Shown here piece by piece: positions 1 through 12,700 of a stretch of DNA of 64,000 nucleotides. The position numbers and the translations under genes are program-made. Under the pieces are notes generated by a model that was not told the DNA's origin, searched no databases, and saw nothing but the letters and a program-made list of their open reading frames with translations. The DNA is from Antedon mediterranea. Its lineage: Eukaryota; Animalia; Echinodermata. The stretch covers positions 31,545,112 to 31,609,111 of the forward strand of contig NC_092675.1 of NCBI RefSeq assembly GCF_964355755.1, given 5' to 3'. How positions within the stretch are numbered: position 1 is the first letter of the stretch; the number at the start of each line of letters is the position of its first letter.

Positions 1-2956
1 TAACTTTAGTTTTAACCTTTTTATTATAAAACTGCTTATAACGTTGCCAGCTATATTACCTGGAGCTGTGGTAAGACCTAAACAAAAATTTAAAAAAATT
101 AATGAAATAAAAAGAGAAAAAAGTAAGATCATTATAATGGGCCCTAAATCTGTTTTAAATGAGGCCAAAAAGTACTATGAATAACATCGTTGTTTAGTGG
201 AGTTTCATTTTCTTTGAAGAAATGTTTTTAAACTTTGCAGAACTTACCAACGATGATTGAGGTAATAGCTGGAGCTACATTAAACTGCACTTGTATATAC
301 TTGGCAACAAAGAATATGAAACCTCCAATGATTGCTATGTCACAGGTTGATACCAATAATACGGATGTCAATACAGGATTCATTATCAGTCTTTTCATTG
401 CTTTCACAAAACCTAAACAATAAACAAATACTAATGATATTTTTTTAATTTATTGTATACAAAATGCAATGAAGTAATTTCTTTACAATATCACAAACAT
501 CTATATTGGTCAACATAATAAAATTAGCAACAATTTATATAACAAGTTTGTTTATGGTAATTGTGTGTTATTGTATTATATAACGAAATACTGGTGAAAC
601 TACAATGTAAAACAAACTGGTTAAATGAGTATTTGTGCATTAATAAGGCAATACCAATTCAATGGAAACGTATTATTAAGGAGGTAGATATTTTCAATTG
701 TGATGATAATGATGAATTAGTTGGGACCAAGTATGAGATTAATACTACCAAACTAATATACTCATGGTTTGTGAAAGAATATTTCATTATTCCAATGTCA
801 CAACTAAAATGGGAAGAGTACTTCAATGATAACAACATTGATTGGAAAACTTCTTGGTCACGGAAAGTATGTAAAATGAAAGATAAGAAACTAGCACAAT
901 TCAATTATAAGATGTTACATAGAATACTGCCTACCAACAAACGGCTGTATCAGTGGAAAGTTAAGGAAACACAAACGTGTGACAAATGTGGAGAAATTGA
1001 AAATGAAAATCATTTGTTTTTTAGTTGTAGATTTATTCAGAAATATTGGAGGAAAATGCTTAGTATCTTTGTAAGTTTAAATCACAATAATATATCATTT
1101 AAACAATTAATACTAGGAACGGGAGATAAGCTAATAGATTATATTTACACTTTTGCAGCATTTACTATTTATAGAATAAAAATGTTATCTGCACTAAATA
1201 AGCCAGTGGGTAAATCTTTATGGAATTCATTTAAAAGCAATATGTTATATAACATTGAATGTGAAACATACAATAAAGAAACAAGTATAGAAAAATGGGT
1301 AGCTTTAAGAAATAAGATTATGATAATATAATTTCTAATTTGATACGATTAACCGAAAAAGAATTACAGTGATACGGGTTACTGGTGGTACTGAGCTATT
1401 ATTGTTTTTTTTTATCATGTATATAAATATATTGTATAATCCGGGTTGTAAAATGAAAACAAACAAATGAAAATGTGTGAACTATTTTAAAACGGGATAG
1501 ATGATAATGATGATCCTGTCAAGTGTATAACAAAATATAAGAAAATTAATGAAAAAAGGAGTAATACAGAATTCATATATGTAAAAATGTTACTTATGAA
1601 CTGTAACGACATTTACAAGTTAAATAATACGATTTTATGTAATATGAGATATGAATGTGAATAAAAGTGGTGTTTGCGCCACAAAAGAGAAAAAAAAAAT
1701 TGTGTGTTATTGATAATTTGGTTACTGTAATATTATTATAAAACAAATTTGCATATTTTTTACAAGTAGCGAGATTCTGATAGTAAGGCTCAATTTGAGA
1801 AGTTAACTTTGTAAATATTGTATCTTACCAACAATATTTGCCAAGATGCTAGATTCATTGAACATACGAAAGGAGATTCCAACCATAATGTCTTCGTTTT
1901 TACCATCATCTTTAATCATTCGGCTACATATCTGACATTCGTGCTTGGTGAGGTGTCGTGGAAAGAAAAACATTGGTAAAGACAATAATAACATTAAAGC
2001 ACTGGCACAAAGATATCCAAGCCACCAAGCACCTAGCCAAGTTGGATCTCGAAATCCTAAAGGCTTGTCTTCTACACTAAAGCGTTCGAAGTCAACGTAC
2101 AATGACAAACACTTGTAACTAGTAAAGAACCCCAGAAGAGGTCCAAATGATGTCATCGACATAAAGGTACCTAAGAAAGGATAATTATTACAACAATTAT
2201 TTAATTGGTTAAACAATTTAGGAGAAGCATAAAATAACTCATTTAAATTGATCATAAATGCAAGTAGCTTTCATTAAAATCAATTTAAACGACAAAAATT
2301 ACAAATATGGTAAACGATTACAGTAAATTAAAGGTTGTATAATTACCAATATAAATCGATGTTGTGGAAGGATCGATTGTAGAATCATCAAGATAAGTAA
2401 GTGTCAACGGGAATAATGGTGATGTACCAAAACCAATCAACAAATTGCCAATACAAAGCCAAGCAATGCCGCTCATGTCTTTCTCAACATACACTGTTTC
2501 CAGTATTTCTTCAGCCGAATTATTACCAAGGGTAACATTGCAAAGTGGACCAGTATTTTGTTGTTCATCGTTTGTTGACATGCCTTTGTATTGATAATTA
2601 TCATTGAAAAAATGCGGCACCGCACAACAGAAATAACCGAGTGAACTAACTATAGCTCCAATTCCAATAATTCTTGGCTGATTTGACTTCGATCCGTAAT
2701 ATGTTATAAATAAGACAGATGAAAAACTTGATGCATCGGTTATGATACCTATCAATCCAGACATTTTACTGTCAAATTGAAATTGTTTTTCAAGTGTGCT
2801 TATCACACCACCAAAATATGATGTAGCAGCAACTGCAGTTAGGAATTGTAGACATGCAGTAACAAGAAATGGAATCGGGTGGTCAATAGTAGGCCTACCA
2901 AATTTGTGTTTAATACAGCTTTTAGAACGGTCACTATCTGAAGATTGCTTTTTCAT
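1..2956 (-). CDS. SLCO/OATP family solute carrier organic anion transporter, 5' coding exons (gene continues beyond the left edge)
   Basis: Minus-strand exons 2956-2347 (MKKQ...FGGVISTLEKQFQFDSKMSGLI...PRIIGIG...FGTSPLFPLTLTYLDD), 2170-1829 (FGPLLGF...LYVDF...DPTWLGAWWLGY...MFFFPRHL), 412-248 (KRLIMNPV...GFIFFVAKYIQVQF) and 77-1. All are joined by GT-AG introns in phase 1. The DPxWxGAWWLG OATP signature is present. Confidence 0.93.
574..1697 (+). mobile_element. 5'-truncated L1/Tx1-clade LINE (C-terminal zf-RVT end of ORF2, 3' UTR and poly-A) in an SLCO intron
   Basis: ORF to 1331 has the 'FNYKMLHRILPTN...C..CGE.E...HLFF.C......W' zinc-binding motif of L1/Tx1 ORF2. AATAAA at 1660, A-tail about 1683-1699, and a 15-bp target-site duplication AATTGTGTGTTATTG at 559-573 and 1698-1712. 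Confidence 0.88.
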
Positions 2957-3379
2957 TTTTGCCAGAGCAGTTGCTTTCTTAAAAACAAAAACGATTACAA
3001 ATACAATAGCAGTAACGAGTGTTATAACTTGTACAATATACGTACCCACTTATTTTCTCTTGTTTTGTAGGCAGATTCTGTAGGTCATACTATATTAAGT
3101 ACTCTTTATTCGCGATAATTAACATTTATTATAGAAGGGTTATTATAAAGCTATGATTGATTAATTATCATCTTGGACCCCATAAAATATTTGAAACAAA
3201 TAAATAAATTTGTATACTATTTTATTCATATCCTGATGATTCATAGTTTTATTGCCTTTATAAATTAGGCTAAAGTACGCATATTAATTGACCTGGAGCG
3301 AGGTGGGTCGAAATTAATTGAATGCTCTGTCTATACCAATGATAGGCCTATCGCCACCTATGATCGTTATGATAAATGT

Positions 3380-3630
3380 TAACATTTCAACTATCCAGAT
3401 GCCTCAGCACTAAGGCCCTGCCACAGCCTTTTGGGGTCGTTTCCACCATATCACCAGATGCATTGATGTTGTCGCCTCATGATGTGTGGTGGAAAGGGGG
3501 ACGTATGATATGTGAACTCCAAACACAGTGGCTCGCATAGCCTTAACTCTATTCCATCGACCAGCGTGGGAATCGAACCCACGACATACGTGTTGTAAAC
3601 ACGACGCTCAGACGACTGAGCTAACTGATC
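3380..3630 (-). mobile_element. tRNA-derived SINE-like element; head 3630-3558 folds as a tRNA cloverleaf
   Basis: Minus strand reads GATCAGT-TA-GCTC-AGTCGTCT-GAGC-G-TCGTG-TTTACAA-CACGT-ATGTC-GTGGG-TTCGATT-CCCAC-GCTGGTC, with A box TAGCTCAGTCG and B box GGTTCGATTCC. It lacks the D-loop GG, has a T:T mismatch in the anticodon stem, and is followed by a GC-richer body rather than a T-run terminator. The left boundary is approximate. Confidence 0.6.
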
Positions 3631-3729
3631 ATTTTGGTTTTAGCAAGGTTAATAGGCCTAGGATATTTATGTCGTAATGATCAATTACGTAATACACGTA
3701 TAAATAGACTATTATCAGCTCTTCAGTCA

Positions 3730-3809
3730 TGTACTTGGTGGCGTAACGGGTAATGCTAAGTTTTGAGTGCTATCGGCTGGGGTTCGAACCTCGACGGATA
3801 TTTTTTTTT
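3730..3809 (+). other. Degenerate Pol III-type unit (A box, B box, oligo-T)
   Basis: TGGCGTAACGGG (A-box-like), GGTTCGAACC (B box) and a downstream T run. It does not fold as a complete tRNA. Confidence 0.35.
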
Positions 3810-4169
3810 ATGAATATTGTTATTTTTTAAAGAGAGATATGTGACACTGTTTTGTTGAACATGGATGGTACCATACCGGTAGGTATTCAAATATGCTTAA
3901 TCGATGTAAAAATACTTTTAAAATAATAATTCATCAATTCTCATCTTTTATTATCTCGTAAAAATTGAGAAATAATACATTACCTGAAACCTGTAATAAT
4001 TGTATAATATAAAATATTACACATTTTCTGTATGTAGTAGGTTTAAGCGTATACACACATTCTCATGTCATTGCCTACACATTGTGATGACAGCCTGGTT
4101 ATGAAGACGTGTCACATAACAAACACAGTAAAATATTCACAAACCAATCCGATCGGCCTACACATTCAA

Positions 4170-4545
4170 TGTCATTTCATTTCATTTCATTTATTTATTT
4201 CACTTTACAACTAAATAAATATAAAGTGGAGGAGCCTAAAAGAAAGCAAAGCTTGTGGTGAATAGGCGCCTCAAAAAAAAAAAAATAAAAAAAAAAAATA
4301 TAAATAAATATATAACACAAATAGAAACTCCAAAAAACAACAATTTAACTAATATCTTTTCTCTAACACATAAGTTTAACATTTTTTTTCCCGAAATAAA
4401 AGATGAATGAATGAATGAAAACTAAAAAACAAGTAAAAAATAGATTATATAAATTATTAAAAAAATATCCAAATATGTCATTATTAAAAGAATTTACAAA
4501 GAACCTTCAACCAATAATAGTTTTAATTGACGTTTAAATAAAGCA
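4170..4545 (-). mobile_element. 3' end fragment of a CR1/L2-group LINE
   Basis: Minus strand reads ...LFKRQLKLLL (typical ORF2 C-terminus), then a 3' UTR with the stem GAGGCGCCTA...TAGGCTCCTC and a (TAAA)n(TGAAA)n tail. Confidence 0.55.
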
Positions 4546-5170
4546 CCGTACATACACTTGTTGATGTGTATTAACGCACACCGTCACTGGTACGTATACG
4601 CCTATGAATGACAGCCTCGTTATGAAGACGTGTCACATGACAAACGTCTTCAAATATTCACAAACATTCCATCCACCAATCAACTTAGTGACTTATTTCT
4701 ATTTTATATCACTGTGCTCCACTGGTGCTAAATTTGGTCCACTGAACCAGTTACCGTAGTATTATTTCTATTTCGGAAGTAAATAAAGGCATAAATGGCG
4801 CTCCGTAGAATTAAGTAGAGAATGCTCGATCGTCAAGACATGAACATGCTCATGGACATTGATTATTAACAACTTAGGAAGTTTTAAAGGAAGATGTGAT
4901 TGGATATTGAGGGAGAGCGTCATTTCGACAATCGAGCATTCTCTACTCTCTAGTATCAAGTAGTGGAAACATGTTTTTTTCCCTTCGTAATTGATAGTGT
5001 TTTATAGTAAAGTTTAAAGGGATCAGTGCTTATCAATTCAGTTACAGTATTATTTGTTTACATTTTCTGAAAAGTAGATGTGTTAATCCAATTCACTTCC
5101 ATGATTTCCTCTAAAAGTTTTCTTTTGTATGAAGTGTAGAAACATTTCTTGAATTTGCGTTTTATTAATG

Positions 5171-6009
5171 TGTATCATTTTCATTTAGTATATGGTATAT
5201 GGAACACAATGCATTATATATAATGAATAAACCACTGTAATAAACAATGAGGCCGTTTTCCTATGTTAAAGTATTGTGTTCCTGGGGTATCATTTTGGGT
5301 ATATGGAACACAATGCATTATATATAATGAAAAAACCAGTGTAATAAGCAATGAGGCCGTTTTCCTATGTTAAAGCATTGTGTTCCTGGGGTATCATTTT
5401 GGGTATATGGAACACAATGCATTATATATAATGAATAAACCACTGTAATAAGCAATGAGGCCATTTTGCTATGTTATAGCATTGTGTTCCTGTGGTATCA
5501 TTTTGGGTATATGGAACACAATGCATTATATATGATGAATAAACCACTATAAGCAATGAGGCCGTTTTCCTATGTTAAAGCATTGTGTTCCTGGGGTATC
5601 ATTTTGGGTATATGGAACACAATGCATTATATATGATGAATAAACCACTGTAATATGAGGCCGTTTTCCTAGGTTAAAGCATTGTGTTCCTGGGGTATCA
5701 TTTTGGGTATATGGAACACAATGCATTATATATGATGAATAAACCACTGTAATATGAGGCCGTTTTCCTATGTTAAAGCATTGTGTTCCTGAGGTATCAT
5801 TTTGGGTATATGGAACACAATGCATTATATATGATGAATAAACCACTGTAATATGAGGCCGTTTTCCTATGTTGAAGCATTGTGTTCCTGGGGTATTATG
5901 TTGGGTATATGGAACACAATGCATTATATATAATGAATAAACCACTGTAATATGAGGCCGTTTTCCTATGTTAAAGTATTGTGTTCCTGGCCGGGGTATC
6001 ATTTTGGGT
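5171..6009. repeat. Tandem repeat, about 99-102 bp unit, about 8 copies
   Basis: Repeated GGGTATCATTTTGGGTATATGGAACACAATGCATTATATA...TGAGGCCGTTTTCCTATGTTAAAGCATTGTGTTCCT. It explains the repetitive ORF 5547-6017. Confidence 0.92.
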
Positions 6010-6139
6010 AAAATCACTGATGTGGCTTGAAACTATTTTTTCTTTTGGTCTACGGATGGAGTAACCGATATTGAACAAATATACCAAGTTTGAAATATTT
6101 TTAAATTCCAGAAGTATTTTTTCTCGATGTTTTTGTATG

Positions 6140-6590
6140 TGACTATTTCCCTGTGCTCCCATTGGTGCCAAATTGGGTCCACTTGAGCACAGTGTATTAA
6201 AATACGAAAAAATAATATTATAATTTAGTGACTTTTTTCTATTTTATATCAATGTGTGCTCACTGGCGCGCGCGCCAAATTGGGTCCACGTGAGCACAGT
6301 GTAATAACATAGATATAAAAATTCAGTGACTTATTTCTATTTTATATCACTCTTCCTGTGCTCCCCTGGCTCCAAATTGGGTCCACTTGAGCACAGTGTA
6401 TTAACATACGAAAAGATATTAAAATGCAGTGATTTATTTCTATTTTATATTATTGTGCTCCTCACTGGCGCCAAATTGTGTCCACTTGAGCACAGTGTAT
6501 TAACATACGAAAAGAATATTAAAATTAGTGACTTATTTCTATTTTATATCACTGCGCTCCACTAGTGCTAAATTTGGTCCACCGGAGCAG
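6140..6590. repeat. Diverged tandem repeat, about 120 bp unit, about 4 copies, just upstream of WDR36
   Basis: Repeated GTGACTTATTTCTATTTTATATC...CCAAATTGGGTCCACTTGAGCACAGTGTATTAACATACGAAAAG. Confidence 0.8.
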
Positions 6591-6740
6591 CTACCGTAGT
6601 ACTATTTCTATTTCGTAAGTAAATAAAGGCATAAATGGCGCTCCGTAGCAGTAGATAATGCTCGATCGTTCGAAATGACGCTCTGAATAATATACCTCGC
6701 TCTGCTGCTGAATACCACGCCGCAATAGATAGAACTCGTC

Positions 6741-9700
6741 ATGCCGCATGGAAGCAAGGTTTTTGTAGGCGCTCGAGCTCTTGGCTTTTACAGCAACCAT
6801 GTGCCTTTATTAACAAAATATAATAGAAAATTTAAAGATACTTACGTTATAACATCCATTGGAAAAGCGTTTCATACATACAATGTAAGTAATTAATTAT
6901 TTTCTCTCTGGCTAGGCTAGCCCTCCTCTATCTAGCTAGTACTAGGCCTAGGCCTAGGCCTAGGCCTAGGCTAGCCTAGTTTAGCCTTTATATAGGGCCT
7001 AGGCTAGTCTAGGACGATTCGGCCCTGAGACGATCCGGTCCACTTTCTCACTTTGTGAGCCGAATCGTCTCACTTTTCGGTGCTTGTTAATTGTTAAATT
7101 ACTGAGCAACAATACCACGAACCACCAGCCAGGCGGAGATTGGTAATATAATAGGCCTAGCCTCAGGCTAGGCTGCCTGTCTGTGACAGTGCCTATAGGC
7201 TATGGGGCATGAGCCAAAAAGAGGCCTAGAAAACGAATTTCGTGATCTCCTAACGGGGGGGAGGAAGATATTCACACAGTTTATAGTTAATAATTAGATT
7301 AACACAAATTCAGCCGGTCCCGCTTTCAAAAGTTACGCAATAAGTGTAATTTTAGGTGTAAAAAAATCGAATTTCTCAACATAAAGAAATACATAGAAAT
7401 AGCGCCCTCTATTTTGTTCATTTTCTGTTAGTGTTAGTACACGTACGTTCCCGAATGAAATTGGTTCTGCGCATGTGCGACCACGCACCGTTTAAAAGCC
7501 ACACGCGCAGTTGTTTATTTTCGCGTAACGGTCGATTACATTTTAATCAACAAATGACCTGGCATTTTACATAACCTTTCTATAAAGTTATGACCTTCAA
7601 ACAAGTTATTTTATTTTCCTTTAAACCTTATTATTCAAAATATCTAAAAATACAATAAAAATATAAAACACAGTATAGCTATTATTTATGTTAAATTTCA
7701 CTCAAATTTCACTCAAATTTTACGCTAAAAATCATGTAATTTTCAAACATCTATAAAAAAAATTCAAAAGTTTTTTGAGAGGTCAGATATTCTCATACAT
7801 ATTCATGAGAGATTGACCTTGTTATGTATTTTGAAAGCATTATGGAGGTAATTGATGGGGCGACGAGATAAAGGTGGAGAAAGTGATAAAAAATCACTAT
7901 TTTCCCCCTAAAATACTGTTGTTTTGAATATGCTAGTGATCAACCAAACACACTAAAGTTGGTTAAATGCTATTTAAGGTAATGTGAATTACATTATCTT
8001 ATTTTAAATTAGTTTATATCGAGTTGAGGCTAGCTACCACGTGTAATATTTTGGAAAAACATGTACGTAGGCCTAGTCTAGGCTAGGCCTCTCTTTGTCT
8101 GATTAACACTTTTCGTTATTGAATATACTTGGATTCTTCACTAGCTTTAGAAATTTTAAAGAACTAATGTTTCGCATTAATGTTAACGTTAATATTAGTA
8201 TTTTTATATTGTTATAATTAATTATACAATAATACGATTTTAGCTCCTTAAAATCATTACAGTGACCTACCCGTCTTTGATAATAGTATAATCTGTATTT
8301 TGTTATACAACATTAGGTTTGGGTTATTCCATTATAGTTAGAGGTAACACATATTTTATTCTATTCTTTTTGTTTGCATACAATTAAAATACAATGGAAA
8401 ATGTATAACCAATGAGTAACAAACAACAATTCTTTTATTGTTTAAGGAAATTTCTAGAGTTTACAGAAATGCAATAAGTACTATTGGATGAAGTACTTTT
8501 CCTGGTGAATATGATAAAAAAAATGACCGGCCTGGATATGATCGTCAACTAGTTTTTATGCTGCCAGATACTCCTCATACATACATTAAATTGATGATCA
8601 GATGGTTACTTTGGAATGGATTTGGAATCTGAGACAACTTTGACTTGTTGATAGAAAATTATGCTCATTTACTGTCTTTTTAATCACAATTATGTTCTAC
8701 ATAGTGTGAATCACATCGGGAATCACATACAGTACTTGTGTTTTGCTAGTATATTTATCCATTCTGAAATAATAACTACTAGGCCTAATAAATATAAAGT
8801 TAAAATAATGACTTTTAAACATACTACTGTACTGTAATTTAATTTTACCAAAATGTTTTTATAATAAAAAAAATGTGATTATAAATAATAAATATAAGGC
8901 CTGTTGTGTCAATTTATTATAATCATGAAATACCTAGGCCTCGTATTGTACTAAGTATTCATATATTTAAAATAAATGCAAAAATGAAAATAATAGAAAG
9001 TAACAATATATACAATGCCCGTCTGGCATAATTTCATAAAGTCATACAGCTTTATGTCTTTAAATTACAAATAAAAGTATGTAAAGCCTACAAAATTAGG
9101 TATATTCAAGCCTCTATAAATAGCCTTAAGACGCGCCACGCGCGACGCGCCTATGCTTTAACATAGGCACGTCTATTCTGATGTGTCAAAATAGCCGAAA
9201 TTCAGTTAAATGATGCTCTAATATAGTAATTACCTCCTAATAATTTTAATTGGAATTAAATTAAATGATATCTAAATAAAATGATATGACACACTGCATA
9301 TCTCGGAAAACTTCAGATTAATTACAATTTAACATTTTAAACGACTCGTTTTACTTCCGAAATTCTCGTAGCGTTGTTGTGTTATTGTTGTCATTTGCAT
9401 TGCTATGTTTGAAGTTTGATAGTATTTTAAATATTGTATCAATATTTTTAAAATCTTCACATTTCTAAAGAATATAATTTCAAAAATTAAAAAGGCTAAA
9501 TGCTTAATATCATAGAGCAGTTTGTGTACATATTTTAGGTCTTTTAAATGTATGAATGATCGTCAAGTTACCGCGCGTCGTCCAAAAAGTTTCGTGCGAA
9601 AATTTTCTAATTACACGCTTGGTTGCTTCGACGCCCTCTATAGTTTTACCTTCTCAGCAATTACCTATAATTTGCATTGCGGCAAACATACGTGAGTACT

Positions 9701-12700
9701 GGATAAAATACAATCGTTCCATTGGAATAACTTATACTGTATCTTTCTTTCACATTTAACATGCAATATTTTTATCATAATTTTGAGATTAATATTGTAG
9801 TCCTTGTAAGAAATGTATCTGTTAGTAAACCTTAATTAATATTTATTTAAGCACACTGAAAAGAAGATGCATTTTCAATTTTTATAATTCATGACTATGC
9901 TGTCACAAAATATTTATTAATATTATCTCTCCTATATAATTGCAACTTTTTGTTTTCATTGGATGCATAACATAGAATTATAATCAATTAGTAATAAATC
10001 AAATGTTGCATTATTGTTTTCATTGTAGATGTATAACATAGAATTATAATCAATTAGTAACAAATAAATGAAATTACTGTATTACAGCAAAGTTTCTTAT
10101 AATACTCCTGTTTCTTAATATTGCTTATCATCTCATGGGTTCTTTATTTTATACTTTCTCATGGTTCATCCGTTACGTTACAAAATAGTTAAGTTACAAA
10201 ATAGTTTAATATAAATTTACATTTTATAGGCATATTAATGTATTGTAAGCATCAAAGTAGAAAGTTTCTTATAATACTCCTGTGTCTTAATATTGCTTAT
10301 CACCTCATGGGTTCTTTATTTATACTTTCTCATGGTTCATTCTTTACGTTACAAAATAGTTAAGTTACAAAATAGTTTAATATAAATTTACATATTATAG
10401 ACCTATTACATTAAAATCATGTAGACCAAGTAAAATGAACATTTGTAAACCATAAATTACACTTAAACTACACTAAAAAGTTCTTCCTGCTCAAACTCTT
10501 CCTCATCATCGCTATCATCTCCATCAATTTCAAACATCTGATGTATGAAGAAGATTGTTACAGTTTTTGCACGAGCATAATTCTGTACAAGAGAATCCTA
10601 AGGATACACAGCATTTTTCATTTGCAACCCCTTCATTGCATTTTGACTTTTTACATGACCAGGATGACAATTCGAGAATGCTGTGTAGAGCAGGTTGCTT
10701 CTCCATCCAGTCAATTACGAGTTTATTATCGGCCATCTTCCACCCATTTCCAACAGGAGATGGAGCATTTTGTTGTTGAATAAAACTAGCTTTGTGAATT
10801 GAAGCTTGAGAATTGGCATGCTGAATATGTTTACATACAGTATCTTTATTGGGTGGCATCATATTTTCAGCTCATTGAGAACATTGCATACCTTACTTCA
10901 TTGACAGATTGGTTCTTGTGACAATACTGTACAGCCTACATACAAATGTTTCTAGATCACAAAGTAATTCATCTGAAAGTTTGCTGGTAGAATTGCCCAA
11001 TGAAAAGAATGCATAAATTAGAGTTTTCCATTACGAGTTTCATTGCCTTCACTTTACCGTTCCCAAAAAAAGCTTTGACTGAATCGCATCCTGTGAAGCA
11101 ATGTAGTCTAATTAATGCATTTGAAACATTATTTCCAATATGTTCCTGAATAGTAGCCTGCAGATGAATTGTTCGGAGATTAGCATCTTTTCCAGTATTA
11201 AAATATAGGTGAGAGCCATGCAGACTTTTGCAAAATGCCAATCCAATAATAAAAACATCATCAGTGTCAGGGCTGATTGTAACAATATCTTTACCACCAT
11301 GGTGTGCAGCATACTTCGCATACAGAAACATTCTGGTGTCTGCCTCTTCTTGATTAAAACTTTTCCATTTGATTCTGAAATAGAATGGCATAATAATGAT
11401 GATGTTATGAATACATTTATTCCCTTGAGGTGATCTGCTTCACACATGCTTCATATTTGAAAGAAGAACTTGATTAGCAGATAAAAATGTTTTCAACTGT
11501 TCTGGAATTTGCTGTTCGGCTTTTGGTATTTTAATTGTTTGTGAGCCGATGGCTACTCTTCGACTTCGTTCAGCATTTTTTATGCAGTTTGTGTAATTGC
11601 TACATGTGATCGCAGAACTCTCCTTCGTTTAGTAACTCTTCTGTTGACTCTAATCCTTGAAATTCTTCTGTAAAAAAAAGAATACTAATAATATTTATGA
11701 TTCTAAATGTTTGTGTAATAAATATAATAATATAATCAGTTCAGTATCATCTATACACTATTTAATATTGCAGTACAAGAATTCAAATAATATGTCTCAA
11801 ATAACAACACAAAGCATCAGGTTGGTCCATTCTGTCCTTGCCTGAGGCTACTTGCCAAGGTTTGCATGCATTACCACATTGAATAATAAAATGCAAATGT
11901 TTTTTCCCAAGATGGAGGTACCATCAAACTAGGTCCACTACACAATAATACTGGGGGCCACCCTAGCTAGGCCTAATTCATATTGTAATTATGGGTTCAT
12001 TTTTTGTTGGCCCAGATATTTAAAAAAAATTATATACTAGGCCTAGCCTACTCTACGTAGGCTTAATACATATTAAAAAAATAAACTTTGTAGACTACCC
12101 ACCGCCAACCTACCTAGCTAGGCTTTTTTTAGCAAGGCAGTATGATATGAACTAATTACTAGGCCTAGTAGGTCTACTTAGTAGGGGCCTAGCCTAGGCT
12201 AGACCTATCATTAAAACAAATAGAATTTACCTTCTTCATTGTTGGATGAATTAACATCCTCTATTTCATATTTTACTGCTCGCCTTTGTTTGCTACAATC
12301 AGTGAAATATTGATAGCATCTTTTTATGACATCCAGCGTCGCCAGGAATTGGTAACAAGTATTGGCAAGCTCCTCTGCGGCTACAAAACTCCTTTTGATT
12401 GCACCAACTTTTTGTACACATTAAAAAAGTTTTCCATTTGGTTTCTGTGAATGTTAAGGCGCTAATGTGGCGCTAATTAATATTGTCCCAGAATTAGATG
12501 TATTGTGTCAATAACAACGTTTTTGATCATCAGAAGATGACATCTTCCTGCTCCGCGCTCCAGAAGAACAACACATATTTGTTTACGATCGTCTAGTAGC
12601 CGTATCCCGCTGTGTAAGGGAATCTGATTGGACAGTTACTGTTGCACAGCTCCATGAGTTAAAAGACAAATTTTTTGATTGGTCAATTGTGCGACCTGTA

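Noticed and set aside
3558-3630. Functional tRNA-Val(TAC) gene
   Set aside because: It lacks the invariant D-loop GG, has a mismatch in the anticodon stem and has no nearby terminator; a SINE head is more likely.
6591-6800. Minus-strand 69-aa ORF
   Set aside because: It is the antisense shadow of WDR36 exon 1 and its 5' region.
8460-8700. Possible decayed PHD-like exon in the Academ element
   Set aside because: No consistent reading frame or intact Cys/His pattern could be read.
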